DNA of 64,000 bases from Pseudomonadota bacterium (GTDB taxonomy: Bacteria; Desulfobacterota; Binatia; Binatales; Binataceae), in the NCBI GenBank assembly GCA_021324885.1, contig JAJPIF010000028.1, forward strand, positions 35,798 through 99,797. Direction: 5' to 3'. The notes below the pieces were generated by a model. The model did not search any database, had not been told where the DNA came from, and saw only the letters and a program-made list of their open reading frames with translations. Made by a program: the position numbers and the translations under genes. Shown here in pieces: positions 29,442-39,491 of the stretch. The stretch's first letter is position 1; each line of letters opens with the position of its first letter.

Positions 29442-30524
29442 CTACCCGCGCAGGTATCCGGCGTGGGCCAGGTATTCGGCGAGCAGGACGGCGCCCTTGC
29501 CGGCACCCATCGCCGTGTTATGCGTCACCAGCAGGTACTTGATTCCGTTGGGCAGCACCTCGTCGGGACGGATTCGCCCGACCGACGTGGTCATGCCGCC
29601 TTCGACGTCGCGGTCCAGGCGTGGCTGCGGGCGCATCGGATCGCGATGCACGGTGATCAGGTGGCGCGGCGAACTCGGCAGCCCCAGACGCGTGAACTCG
29701 GTGCCATACTCCTGGAACGCCGCGATGATGTCCTCGGGCGAAGCGGGTTTCTTCAATCCAACGCTGACCGCTTCAGTGTGCCCGGCGATAACTCCTGCGC
29801 GTGTGCAGGTCGCGCTGAGCCTGATCGGTAGTTCGGCGATCGCGCCTTCGCCGAGATGTCCGAGAATCTTGCGGGTTTCGATCTGAACGCGCTCTTCTTC
29901 GCGGGGGATGTAAGGAATGATGTTCTCTACGATATCGAGCGCGGGCAAATCGCGGCCGGCGCCGGATATCCCCTGCATCGTGGTAACCATCACGCAATCG
30001 ATACCGAAGCGCGGCTCCAGCGCCTTGAGCGTAATCGCCATCCCGGTTGCGGTGCAGTTGGGCAGCGTGGCGATGAACCCGCGCCATCCGCGGCGCCGCT
30101 TTTGTTCATTGATCAGTGCGAGGTGTTCGAGATTGACCCCCGGAATTACGAGCGGCACGTCGGGTTCCATCCGATAGGGCCGCGCGGTGGAGACGGTCGG
30201 CACGTGGCGCGCATAGATGGGTTCGAGTTCGCGCGCCGCTTCAGACTCGACGGCGGCGAAGACCAGGTCGATGCCCCTGAGATCGAGGCCTTTGGCGTCC
30301 TGCACCGGCAATGCCAGGATTTCGGGCGCCGGATTCGATCCGGCGGCGTACCAGCGCCTGATCCCGCTATCGGGATCGGTGATCGCGTCGGCGAAAGATT
30401 TGCCGGCGGAGCGTTCGGACGCCGCCAATGCGGCGACTTCGAAAGTCGGATGGTTGTCGAGACTGGCGAGGACCTGCTGCCCCGCGATTCCGGTCGCGCC
30501 TACTACTGCCACTTTGATTTTCAT
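29442..30524 (-). CDS. asd: Aspartate-semialdehyde dehydrogenase (archaeal/fungal-like type)
   Basis: VGATGIAGQ, ASERSAGK, PNCT catalytic Cys, QGISGAG, NIIPYI, PQPRLDRD. Confidence 0.92.
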   Translation of the reverse strand: MKIKVAVVGATGIAGQQVLASLDNHPTFEVAALAASERSAGKSFADAITDPDSGIRRWYAAGSNPAPEILALPVQDAKGLDLRGIDLVFAAVESEAARELEPIYARHVPTVSTARPYRMEPDVPLVIPGVNLEHLALINEQKRRRGWRGFIATLPNCTATGMAITLKALEPRFGIDCVMVTTMQGISGAGRDLPALDIVENIIPYIPREEERVQIETRKILGHLGEGAIAELPIRLSATCTRAGVIAGHTEAVSVGLKKPASPEDIIAAFQEYGTEFTRLGLPSSPRHLITVHRDPMRPQPRLDRDVEGGMTTSVGRIRPDEVLPNGIKYLLVTHNTAMGAGKGAVLLAEYLAHAGYLRG

Positions 30525-30762
30525 CGCTGAGTTCTTCCGCGAAACCCAGCCGGTCAGGCTGGGCCTGCTGAAAAAGTATAGTGGTGGCGGGGATCGATCC
30601 AGAGTGCGGTTCGGGTGAAAAGCGATCCGTTCGCGGATCGACGCAGCGGGCAAATCCTTAATCGCGCGCCGCAAAAAATCGCGTGCTGAGTCAGGACGCC
30701 CCAAAACAATGGGCGCTCATTTGCCCCTTCCAGGGCGAGAGAATCAGGTTTGGTTGCCGTTA

Positions 30763-32442
30763 TCAATCGAGGCGGCGCGAGCGCAGGACCTGGCCGGGTA
30801 GCGCGCCGGTGTGTTTCCCGTGCTCGTACAGCACCTCGCCGTTGACGATCGTGTATTCGACGCCCTGCGACGTCGTCACCAGGCGCAAGCCGCCGCCGGG
30901 CAGGTCGTGACGCGACTCGGGCCGCGGCGCACATCCGATCCGGTCGTAATCGAAGATCGCTATGTCGGCGGCCGAGCCCTTCGCGATGCGGCCGCGCTCG
31001 GGGAATCCGAACAGATCGGCAGGCTGCGAGGTGATCCGGCGAATTCCCTCCTCCAGCGTCATCAACTGGCGTTGCCGCACCCATCGGCCAATCATGTGGG
31101 TCGGATAGCCCGCCATGCAGATCATATCGACGTGCGCGCCGCCGTCGGCCTGACCGACCAGCGTGCGCGGATCCTTGATAAGGGCCGCCAGCCGATCCTC
31201 GCCGCGATTGGCCACCGCGTAGCGGATGCGCAGATCGTCTTCGATCGCCAGGTCCAAAAACGTGTCGAGTGGATCCGCTCCGCGCTGCTGGGCGACCTCC
31301 GACACCATCCTGCCCTCGATCGGCTTGAGCGCCGGGTCTGAAACTTCGTCGATGCGCACGCGATCCCATCGGCCGGCAAAAATCTGCGGGGTCTTGAGCG
31401 CCTCGCGAAACGCGTTGCGGAACGCGGGGTCTCCATAGATTCGCTTTTGCGCTTCGGGGGGTTGGTTGAACACCTGCTGCCAGCATTGGATACTGGCCAG
31501 CAGGAAGGGATTACGCATGCTGAACTGCGGCTCGGACGGATAAGCGATCACCTGCGGGATGCCGCCGCGGGCCATCAGCGGACCCATCTTCTCCAGCGTC
31601 TCGATGTGCGCGTCACCTCTTCCCGAAGTCGGCGCCAGCCCCAGCCATGTCACCGGACGCCCGCTTTGCGTCAGCATGAAATCGAGCAGTTCGGCTTCTT
31701 CGTCGGTAACCAGCGCGAGGTCCTGGTTGAGCGCGATCTCGATGGTGCCCTTGCCCAATTCTCTGAGCGCGTTGGCATAGGCCGCGAGTTCGTCGCGGTC
31801 GGCGAGACGGCAAGCCAGAGGACGGCCCTGGTAGCCGATATGCTGGCGGACGCGGGTCAGCGAAAAGCCGACAGCGCCGGCCGCCACCGCTTCCTTGAGC
31901 AGCGCCTTGATCCGGCCGCGCTCATCCGCGGTGGCGGCGCGCTCCATCGACTCCTCGCCCATCACCATGTGGCGAAAGGGCGTGAGCGGAGCGAGGAAGC
32001 CGAGATTGAGCGCGCTGCGGCGGCGCTGCGCCGCGTCCATGAATTCGGGGAAACTTTGCCAATCCCAGGTGATGCCGCGGTTGAGGACGTCGAAAGGAAT
32101 GCCCTCGACATTGACCAGGTCCCAGGTGGCGACCTCGCGATCCTGGGGGCGGCAGGGCGCGATGCCGACGCCGCAATTGCCCATCACGATGCTGGTCACG
32201 CCGTGCCAGGAGGAGCAGGTAATTAGCGGATCCCAGCACATCTGCGCGTCATAATGGGTATGTGGATCGAAGAAGCCGGGCGCGACGATCAGGTCCGAGG
32301 CGTCGATGGTGCGCCGGGCGGTGTCTTTGACGTGTCCGACTTCGGTAATGCGTCCGTCGGCAATCGCGACGTCGGCGCGAAAACGCGGCGCCCCGGTGCC
32401 ATCGAAGACCGTGCCATTTTTGACGATCAGGTCATATGCCAT
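30763..32442 (-). CDS. N-acyl-D-amino-acid deacylase family amidohydrolase
   Basis: APGFFDPHTHYDAQ, MGNCGVG, DGGAHV, RGRIAKGSAADI. Confidence 0.9.
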   Translation of the reverse strand: MAYDLIVKNGTVFDGTGAPRFRADVAIADGRITEVGHVKDTARRTIDASDLIVAPGFFDPHTHYDAQMCWDPLITCSSWHGVTSIVMGNCGVGIAPCRPQDREVATWDLVNVEGIPFDVLNRGITWDWQSFPEFMDAAQRRRSALNLGFLAPLTPFRHMVMGEESMERAATADERGRIKALLKEAVAAGAVGFSLTRVRQHIGYQGRPLACRLADRDELAAYANALRELGKGTIEIALNQDLALVTDEEAELLDFMLTQSGRPVTWLGLAPTSGRGDAHIETLEKMGPLMARGGIPQVIAYPSEPQFSMRNPFLLASIQCWQQVFNQPPEAQKRIYGDPAFRNAFREALKTPQIFAGRWDRVRIDEVSDPALKPIEGRMVSEVAQQRGADPLDTFLDLAIEDDLRIRYAVANRGEDRLAALIKDPRTLVGQADGGAHVDMICMAGYPTHMIGRWVRQRQLMTLEEGIRRITSQPADLFGFPERGRIAKGSAADIAIFDYDRIGCAPRPESRHDLPGGGLRLVTTSQGVEYTIVNGEVLYEHGKHTGALPGQVLRSRRLD

Positions 32443-32782
32443 TTCGAAACTCCCCTGGTTGGGTTGAAGCGCGCGAACCGGTGCCGATTAGCCGGCATCT
32501 TAATCCATTTCCTGCGACCGGCTCAAACGTATGATTTACACCTTCGGAGGGTCGTGCCGCGCCCAAATTGCTTACGCCTCGGCTACGAAAGGAGCCATCG
32601 GTACAGGCGGCGATAGTCAGCCTTGCCCGGCCGCTCTCCGCGGTCAAGTCGCAGAAGTGAAAAAATGCGCCGCGTCCGCTTCCATGCAGCCATGCTGGGG
32701 GCAGGCCCAGCGCTGCGCCTGCCAACTGGGCACGTGCGCCGGTTGCGCGGCGGCGTTAGTCTAATCGCTGAAGGAGATTGTC

Positions 32783-34300
32783 ATGGACGAGGTCGTCCGG
32801 CTCGCAGAAGCCGAACAAGTTCCGCCGTGCTCGATCGTCATTTTCGGCGCGTCAGGCGACCTGGCGATGCGCAAGCTGATTCCGGCTCTTTACAGTCTGG
32901 ATTGCTGCGGCGAGCGGCTGTTGGCGGAGGAAACCATGATCGTGGGTTGCGCGCGCCGCCAGATGACGATCGAGGAGTTCCGCCGCCACGCGCGCGACGG
33001 TATTGAGCGCTTTTCCAACGCCCCGCTGCGGGAGGCGTGCTGGGAGCGCTTTGCGGCGCGGCTGGACTACCTTTCGGGAATCGAGAGTCCGGAGAGCTTT
33101 CATCATCTTAAGGCGCGGCTTGAGCAGATCGAAGCCGCGGGCGCCCTGCCGCCCAACCGGATCTTTTACCTGGCGCTTCCGCCCGAGGCGATCCTCGAAT
33201 GGGTAAAGCGGATCCACGATGCCGGACTAATCTGGCCGCCGCAGGGACGCGGGTTCAGTCGGGTGGTGGTCGAGAAACCGATCGGGGTGGATTTGGCCAG
33301 CGCGATGGCCATCAACCAGGGACTGCATCAGTACCTCGACGAGAGCCAGATCTTTCGCATCGACCATTACCTGGGCAAGGAGACCGTACGGAACTTACTG
33401 GTGCTGCGCTTCGGCAACAGCATCTTCGAGCAGATCTGGAACGCCCATCATATCGACCACGTTCAGATCACGGTTTCCGAACTGGAAGGCGTGGGAACGC
33501 GAGCGGGCTATTACGATCATGCGGGCGCTTTGCGCGATATGGTCCAGAATCACATGTTTCAGCTCCTCACCCTGATTGCGATGGAACCGCCGGTCAGCCT
33601 GGGCGCTGAGGACATCCGCGGGGCGAAGCTCAATGTCTTGCGCGCGATCAAGCCGCTGACGCCCGAAGAGGTGCATGGTCAGGTCGTGCGCGCGCAGTAC
33701 ACGGCAGGCCATGTCGACGGCAGGGTGTTGCCGGATTATTTGAAGGAGCAGGGGGTGGCGCCCGATTCAGCCACCGAAACGTTCGTGGCGTTAAAGCTTT
33801 TCGTCAACAACTGGCGATGGTCGGGCGTGCCCTTTTACCTGCGCACCGGCAAAGCGCTGGCGCGCCGCGCCAGTTCGGTCGCCATTCATTTCAAACCGCT
33901 GCCGGCTATCCTGTTTGCCGAGCGTCATTCGCTTCCCGCCAATGTTCTGAATTTGAGAATACAGCCTGACGAGGGTTTTTCGTTGTCGGTTATAGCCAAA
34001 CAGCCGGGACTCGATCTTTCAATCCGGCCCGTACAGATGAACCTCCAGTACGAACGGGAGTTTCAGGCCCGTCTGCCGGAAGCATACGAAATGCTGCTGT
34101 ACGAGGTAATGACGGGCGATCAGACACTGTTCGTCGATTCAGAGATGGTCGAGCGTTCATGGCGTTTCGTCCAGAGCATACTCGACGTCTGGAGGCGGGA
34201 GGGGAGAAACGGGATGGCGACATATCCGGCCGGCACCTGGGGGCCCGAAGAGGCCGAGGAAAAGCTCATGCCAAATCAATGCGCATGGATCGAACCGTAA
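32783..34300 (+). CDS. zwf: Glucose-6-phosphate 1-dehydrogenase
   Basis: GASGDLA, EKP, RIDHYLGKE, RDMVQNH, WSGVPFYLRTGK. Confidence 0.97.
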   Translation: MDEVVRLAEAEQVPPCSIVIFGASGDLAMRKLIPALYSLDCCGERLLAEETMIVGCARRQMTIEEFRRHARDGIERFSNAPLREACWERFAARLDYLSGIESPESFHHLKARLEQIEAAGALPPNRIFYLALPPEAILEWVKRIHDAGLIWPPQGRGFSRVVVEKPIGVDLASAMAINQGLHQYLDESQIFRIDHYLGKETVRNLLVLRFGNSIFEQIWNAHHIDHVQITVSELEGVGTRAGYYDHAGALRDMVQNHMFQLLTLIAMEPPVSLGAEDIRGAKLNVLRAIKPLTPEEVHGQVVRAQYTAGHVDGRVLPDYLKEQGVAPDSATETFVALKLFVNNWRWSGVPFYLRTGKALARRASSVAIHFKPLPAILFAERHSLPANVLNLRIQPDEGFSLSVIAKQPGLDLSIRPVQMNLQYEREFQARLPEAYEMLLYEVMTGDQTLFVDSEMVERSWRFVQSILDVWRREGRNGMATYPAGTWGPEEAEEKLMPNQCAWIEP

Positions 34301-34477
34301 AAATTGCAATTGACAAGTATTGCGACAAAGGCGTTCCCGCGCGTACTGGCAAATCATGCGGAACGAAGCTAAGCTGCTTTGGGTTCCCGATTCAACGGGC
34401 CGATTTGGCCGGTTGGACGCCATCAAGGAAAGCACGGTTCGACCGGAGTGGGAGGTCTTCTGAACAACCCGAAAAGT

Positions 34478-35755
34478 GTGAATAACCAGAACGGCGCGGT
34501 GGTAATACTGGGCGCCAACGGCGTGATGGGAATCGGTGCGGCTGAATTGTTCGCCGCTGGCGGTTACCGCGTGGTGATGCTGGCTCGCGACCGTGACAAG
34601 GCCGCCCAGGCATTGGAAGAGGTCCAGGCCCTGGCGCGCGCCGAGGCGATTTCGGAAAACATCGAAATCGGAGCTTACAACAGCGATCTTAAACGGACGG
34701 TTGAAGGCGCGGCGGTCGTGTTCGAAGCGCTGGCCGAGGATTTGGCGCTCAAGCGCGGTTTCTTCGAACAGGTTGACCGCTATCGCGCGCCCGATTCAAT
34801 CGTGGCGACGGTGACCTCGGGTCTGTCGATAGCCGAACTGGCCCGGGGCCGCAGCGAATCGTTCCGGCGCCATTTTCTCGGAATCCATCTGTTCAATCCG
34901 CCTCACCTGATCGCTGGTACCGAGATTGTTCCGCACGCGGATACCGATCCCGCGGTAATCGACGCCGTCAGGCAGATGCTGCAGAAACGACTCGGACGCC
35001 GATTGATTGTCGCGGCCGATCGCCCCGCATTCGCCGGCAACCGGATTGCGTTCAAAACGCTCAACGAGATCGCGCAACTGGTGCCGCAATACGGCGTCGC
35101 TTTCCTCGATTACCTGCTTGGACCCCACACCGGCCGTGCGATGGCTCCGCTGGCGACTATCGACCTGGTTGGCTGGGACGTCCATCAGGCGATTGTCGAA
35201 AACATTTACGAAAAGACGCAGGATGAAGCGCACGCCCTCTTCAAACTGCCCGACTATATCAAGCAGGGGGTCGCGCAGGGCAGGATGGGTGATAAAACGC
35301 CGGCGCGGGGCGGATTTTACCGGCGCACGGGAAAGCGGGTCGAGGTGCTCGATACCAGCGGCCGGTATTATGAATTTGTGGCGCCCAAACCGATCCAGTT
35401 CGTCGAGCGGATGAAGGGTTTGCATCGGGTGGGCCGGTATCGTGAATCGCTTGAGGTGCTTAAAACGGCGGACGGCAGCGAAGCCGAACTGGCCCGCCGG
35501 ATCGTGCTTGGATATATCAGTTACGCGCTCAGCCGCGTGGGTGAAGCGGCGGCGTCCAGCGGCGACATCGATACGATTATGTCCTATGGATTCAACTGGG
35601 CACCGCCCGGCGTGATAGTCGATCTGCTGGGCGCCGCGGACACCATTGAACTGCTCAAACGTTATGAATTGAAAATTCCACCCGTGCTGGAAACTGCGGA
35701 AGGGAAGTTGTACGCGGGCAGCGTACTTGATTTCGGCCGCACGTTTGTTGGATGA
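34478..35755 (+). CDS. 3-hydroxyacyl-CoA dehydrogenase family protein
   Basis: GANGVMG, EALAED, TSGLSI, GIHLFNPP, FAGNRI; start uncertain. Confidence 0.88.
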   Translation: MNNQNGAVVILGANGVMGIGAAELFAAGGYRVVMLARDRDKAAQALEEVQALARAEAISENIEIGAYNSDLKRTVEGAAVVFEALAEDLALKRGFFEQVDRYRAPDSIVATVTSGLSIAELARGRSESFRRHFLGIHLFNPPHLIAGTEIVPHADTDPAVIDAVRQMLQKRLGRRLIVAADRPAFAGNRIAFKTLNEIAQLVPQYGVAFLDYLLGPHTGRAMAPLATIDLVGWDVHQAIVENIYEKTQDEAHALFKLPDYIKQGVAQGRMGDKTPARGGFYRRTGKRVEVLDTSGRYYEFVAPKPIQFVERMKGLHRVGRYRESLEVLKTADGSEAELARRIVLGYISYALSRVGEAAASSGDIDTIMSYGFNWAPPGVIVDLLGAADTIELLKRYELKIPPVLETAEGKLYAGSVLDFGRTFVG

Positions 35756-35768
35756 AGAGCGAGGTTAT

Positions 35769-36998
35769 ATGAGTCATCCACCGGTATTTATTCTGGGCGG
35801 AACGCAAACCGATTTCGCCCGCAACTGGTCCAAGGAAAACAAACATATTGTAGCGCTGATGCGGGAAGCTGTGCTTGGCGCGCTGGAAAGTTCCGCCATC
35901 GATGCGCGCGACGTGCAGACCGCGCACGTCGGAAATTTCGCCGCCGAACTTTACGCCCATCAGGGCCATCTGGGGGCGTTCGTTGTGGACGTGGACCCGG
36001 CCTTTTCCGGAATTCCCACCAGCCGTCATGAGGCGGCCTGCGCCTCGGGATCGATCGCGATTCTGGCCGCGTCGGCCGAAATCGAAGCCGGACGGTACGA
36101 CCTGGCGCTGGTGGTGGGAGTCGAACAGATGAAGACCGTCGATGCGGCCGTAGGCGGTGATTACCTGGGTACCGCGGCATGGTATGAGCGGGAGGCCAGG
36201 GGAATCGAATTTCCCTTTCCCAAACTGTTCGGACGCCTGGGCGATGAGTACGACCGCCGCTACGGTCTGAAAGACGAGCATCTGGCGCATATCGCCGCCG
36301 TGAATTATTCCAATGCCCGGCGCAACCCGCTGGCGCAGACGCGCAACTGGTACATGAGCGAAAATCATGCGGCGCGGCAAAGCCGCTACAATGCGGTGAT
36401 CGGCGGGCGCATCAAGGCGTCGGACTGCTCCCAGGTAACCGACGGCGCCGTCGCGATCTTCCTGGCGTCGGAGAAGTACGCGCGCGAGTACGCCAAACGC
36501 CGCCGGCTGGAGCTTGTGGCAATCCCGCGAATTCTGGGCTGGGGCCATCGCACCGCGCCCATCGAGTTCGATACCAAGATGGCGGAAAGCCGCAGCAATC
36601 CTTACATATTGCCGCACACGCGCCAGGCTATTCTCGACGCCTTCGCGCGCGCCGGCGTGTCGTTGGAACAGATTGCCGCAATCGAGACTCACGACTGTTT
36701 CACCACTTCGGAGTACATGGCGATCGACCATTTCGGCATCACCGCCCCCGGCCAGTCGTGGAAAGCGGTGGAGGAGGGCGTGATCGAGTTGGGTGGTGCG
36801 ATGCCGATCAATCCCAGCGGGGGCTTGATTGGCGCCGGGCATCCGGTGGGTGCGACCGGAGTGCGCCAGCTTCTGGACGCATTCAAGCAGGTCACCGGCA
36901 ATGCCGGGGATTACCAGGTCGAGGGAGCAAAAAAAGTGGCCACGCTGAACATTGGCGGCAGCGGTACCACCAGCTGCGCCTTTGTGGTGGGAAACTGA
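35769..36998 (+). CDS. Acetyl-CoA acyltransferase, SCP2-thiolase type
   Basis: EAACASG, HDCF motif, NPSGGLIGAGHPVGATG. Confidence 0.92.
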   Translation: MSHPPVFILGGTQTDFARNWSKENKHIVALMREAVLGALESSAIDARDVQTAHVGNFAAELYAHQGHLGAFVVDVDPAFSGIPTSRHEAACASGSIAILAASAEIEAGRYDLALVVGVEQMKTVDAAVGGDYLGTAAWYEREARGIEFPFPKLFGRLGDEYDRRYGLKDEHLAHIAAVNYSNARRNPLAQTRNWYMSENHAARQSRYNAVIGGRIKASDCSQVTDGAVAIFLASEKYAREYAKRRRLELVAIPRILGWGHRTAPIEFDTKMAESRSNPYILPHTRQAILDAFARAGVSLEQIAAIETHDCFTTSEYMAIDHFGITAPGQSWKAVEEGVIELGGAMPINPSGGLIGAGHPVGATGVRQLLDAFKQVTGNAGDYQVEGAKKVATLNIGGSGTTSCAFVVGN

Positions 36999-37030
36999 AC
37001 GGTCCGCCGACAAGGGGGAGATGAACGACT

Positions 37031-38725
37031 TTGAACGAAAAAGTTCTAAAGCAGGGTCGGCTGATCTCTAAACCGGGTGTGCGTCAAGGCCCTGATCAGA
37101 CTTCAGGCACGGTCAGCCCACGCGACCGCTTCGCCCTGCTTTACGAGTTGGGTTGCGCGTTCGCGGCTCGGATCGAGTTGCAGGAATTGCTGCCGCTGGT
37201 GGTCAACAAGTGCCGCGAAGTACTCAATGCGGAAGGAATTTCGATTCTGCTGCTCGACCCGGACCGCAACGAGCTTTATTTCCCTTATGTTTCCCAGTCT
37301 GACCCGGCGATTGTGGAGCGATTGCGCAATTTGCGCTTTCCCGCGGACAAGGGAATCGCCGGCGCGGCGCTGAACGATGCCGTCGCGATCCGGGTTACGG
37401 ATGCCCAAGGCGACTACCGCCATTATCACGGCGTGGACCGGGCAACCGGCTTCACCACTCGCGACCTGCTTGCGGTGCCCTTGATTACTCGTCAGGGCAA
37501 GATAGGAGTGATCGAGGCGGTCAACAGCCGCGGCCCCAATCGTTTCTCCGAAGACGATCTTGCCTTCTTCGAGGCGCTGGCCGGCAGTATCGCGGTGGCG
37601 ATCGAGAACGCGCGACTCTACACCCAGGTGCGCGACGCCGAGGCCAGTCTGCAAAAGCGTCTGGGCGTGCTGCGCCGCGACCTCGCCCGAAGCGATGCGT
37701 TTGGCAAAATCATTGGCGCGACCGCTGCGATGCGCGAGGTCTTCCGTCTGATGGAGAGCGCGGCGGCTTCTTCGATCCCCGTCCTCATCGAAGGCGAGAC
37801 TGGAACGGGCAAGGAGATGGTGGCGCGCGGCATACATCTGGCTAGCGCCCGGGCCGACGGACCCTTTATTGCCATAAACTGCGCTTCCTTGCCCGAAAGT
37901 CTGCTTGAAAGTGAACTGTTTGGCCATCGGCGGGGCGCCTTTACTGGCGCCGTCCGGGATAATCCGGGGCTGTTCCGGGCGGCTAACGGTGGGGTGATTT
38001 TCCTCGATGAGATCTCGGATATGCCGATGAGCATGCAGGCCAAGCTGTTGCGGGTATTGGAGGAAGAAGAAGTTGTGGCTGTAGGCGATACCTTTGCCAG
38101 AAAAGTTGACGTAAGAGTCCTGTCGGCCACCAATCGAGACCTCAAGACAGAAGTAGAGCGGGGCAATTTTCGACAGGACCTTTATTATAGAGTGGCAGTT
38201 TTCCCCATCAGATTGCCACCACTGCGCGATCGTCGCGAAGATATACCGATGCTGGCTTCGCATTTTCTCAATACAGCCGCTCAACGCCAGAATAAGCACA
38301 TCGTAGGCTTCGCGCCTGAAACGCTCGATATCCTGTGCGGTTACCAATGGCCAGGAAACGTTCGCGAATTGCGCAACGAAATCGAACGGGCGGTTGCTCT
38401 TGCCCGTGATGAAGAATTAATCACACCGAACCACCTTACGCCGACGCTTGAGCAATCAAGGGTCAAAAAGCCTTCGATTTGTGCATCTTCCGACACAAGT
38501 GAGGCCCAAAGCGAGTTGCCGGCCGCAGCGACGGGGGACAGCCTGCCTTTGGAGCATCCGCAATCCGGACCGGAATCGCTGCGCAAAGCCCGAGCCGCCT
38601 TTGAGGCGCGTCATATTGCGGAGGCCTTACGTCAAAATCAAAGCAACGTATCACGTACGGCACAGGCGCTCGGGCTTTCCCGAGCGGCATTGCAGAAGAA
38701 AATGAAGGCTTACCACCTCCGCTAA
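37031..38725 (+). CDS. GAF-domain sigma-54-dependent transcriptional activator (NifA/FhlA-like)
   Basis: N-terminal GAF; [34 protein letters not shown]; C-terminal Fis HTH. Confidence 0.95.
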   Translation: MNEKVLKQGRLISKPGVRQGPDQTSGTVSPRDRFALLYELGCAFAARIELQELLPLVVNKCREVLNAEGISILLLDPDRNELYFPYVSQSDPAIVERLRNLRFPADKGIAGAALNDAVAIRVTDAQGDYRHYHGVDRATGFTTRDLLAVPLITRQGKIGVIEAVNSRGPNRFSEDDLAFFEALAGSIAVAIENARLYTQVRDAEASLQKRLGVLRRDLARSDAFGKIIGATAAMREVFRLMESAAASSIPVLIEGETGTGKEMVARGIHLASARADGPFIAINCASLPESLLESELFGHRRGAFTGAVRDNPGLFRAANGGVIFLDEISDMPMSMQAKLLRVLEEEEVVAVGDTFARKVDVRVLSATNRDLKTEVERGNFRQDLYYRVAVFPIRLPPLRDRREDIPMLASHFLNTAAQRQNKHIVGFAPETLDILCGYQWPGNVRELRNEIERAVALARDEELITPNHLTPTLEQSRVKKPSICASSDTSEAQSELPAAATGDSLPLEHPQSGPESLRKARAAFEARHIAEALRQNQSNVSRTAQALGLSRAALQKKMKAYHLR

Positions 38726-38841
38726 CGTTTCTATGCACTGCCAAGAAAAGTAGCCGCTCCAGGTCGAGTCAAGCGTCCCACAAGCTTATAGCGGGGGTTG
38801 AATCCGCAGCCGTTTTGGGTGAGGGCGCCCGTGTCCAATCA

Positions 38842-38857
38842 CGGCATCTGTTTTGCA
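38842..38857 (+). promoter_or_regulatory. Sigma-54 (-24/-12) promoter
   Basis: CGGCATCTGTTTTGCA = GG-N10-GC, downstream of the activator gene and upstream of the 38893 ORF. Confidence 0.7.
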
Positions 38858-38892
38858 CTTCCTGACATTCGCTAAATGGAGTCACAACGATC

Positions 38893-39312
38893 GTGGGAAG
38901 AAAAACTGGCAATATGTGTTTTCGGAATTCGGGCCGCTTCGTGGTCAGCGATTGCCGCCGGGGACTGATCGAAGAACGGATGGCGATCGCGACGCTCGAA
39001 GTGTTCAGAATTCGTTACCGCGCCTTTTATGAGCGTTTTGGGCGTGATCCACTACCCGACGAACCCTTATTCTTCGATCCCGCCCAGGACCAACCCGTTG
39101 CCCCTGACTGCGCAGTCATCCGCGCCCAGGTCCTCAAGGCGGCATCATCGGCCGGGGTGGACGGCCGGATGGTGCTGAGCTTTATGCGCCTGGATCGTCT
39201 CACACGACCGCTGGAATCCAGCACTCCCGCCGCCTGGCGCCATCGCATCACTCCCGATCGGGACCGTTTGGCCTGGCTTCCGATCGCTCCCGAAGAGCCG
39301 TCATCAAAATAA
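38893..39312 (+). CDS. Hypothetical protein with FGRDPxPDEPLFFDP motif
   Basis: GGAG upstream, sigma-54 promoter in front, protein-like core; start could be 38893, 38914 or 38980. Confidence 0.65.
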   Translation: MGRKTGNMCFRNSGRFVVSDCRRGLIEERMAIATLEVFRIRYRAFYERFGRDPLPDEPLFFDPAQDQPVAPDCAVIRAQVLKAASSAGVDGRMVLSFMRLDRLTRPLESSTPAAWRHRITPDRDRLAWLPIAPEEPSSK

Positions 39313-39491
39313 ACCCGTCTACCTGAGCGTGGACGATTAGGGTCCGCGATTTCGAAAACGTCGCGAGCGCGAGCGCCTCGAGTCGCGAGAAGCGCTACGT
39401 TTAGCTCTGCCCACCGCCGGACGGATGGCGTAGCTAAGCTTTCTTGTCCGCGATAAAATAATAAGAAGCTAAATCGGCGGGGAGCAGGTGA

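Noticed and set aside
32500-32650. Glycine riboswitch on the minus strand (GGAGAG...CCGAAGG)
   Set aside because: No CTCAGG element or P1 pairing; spacing is wrong
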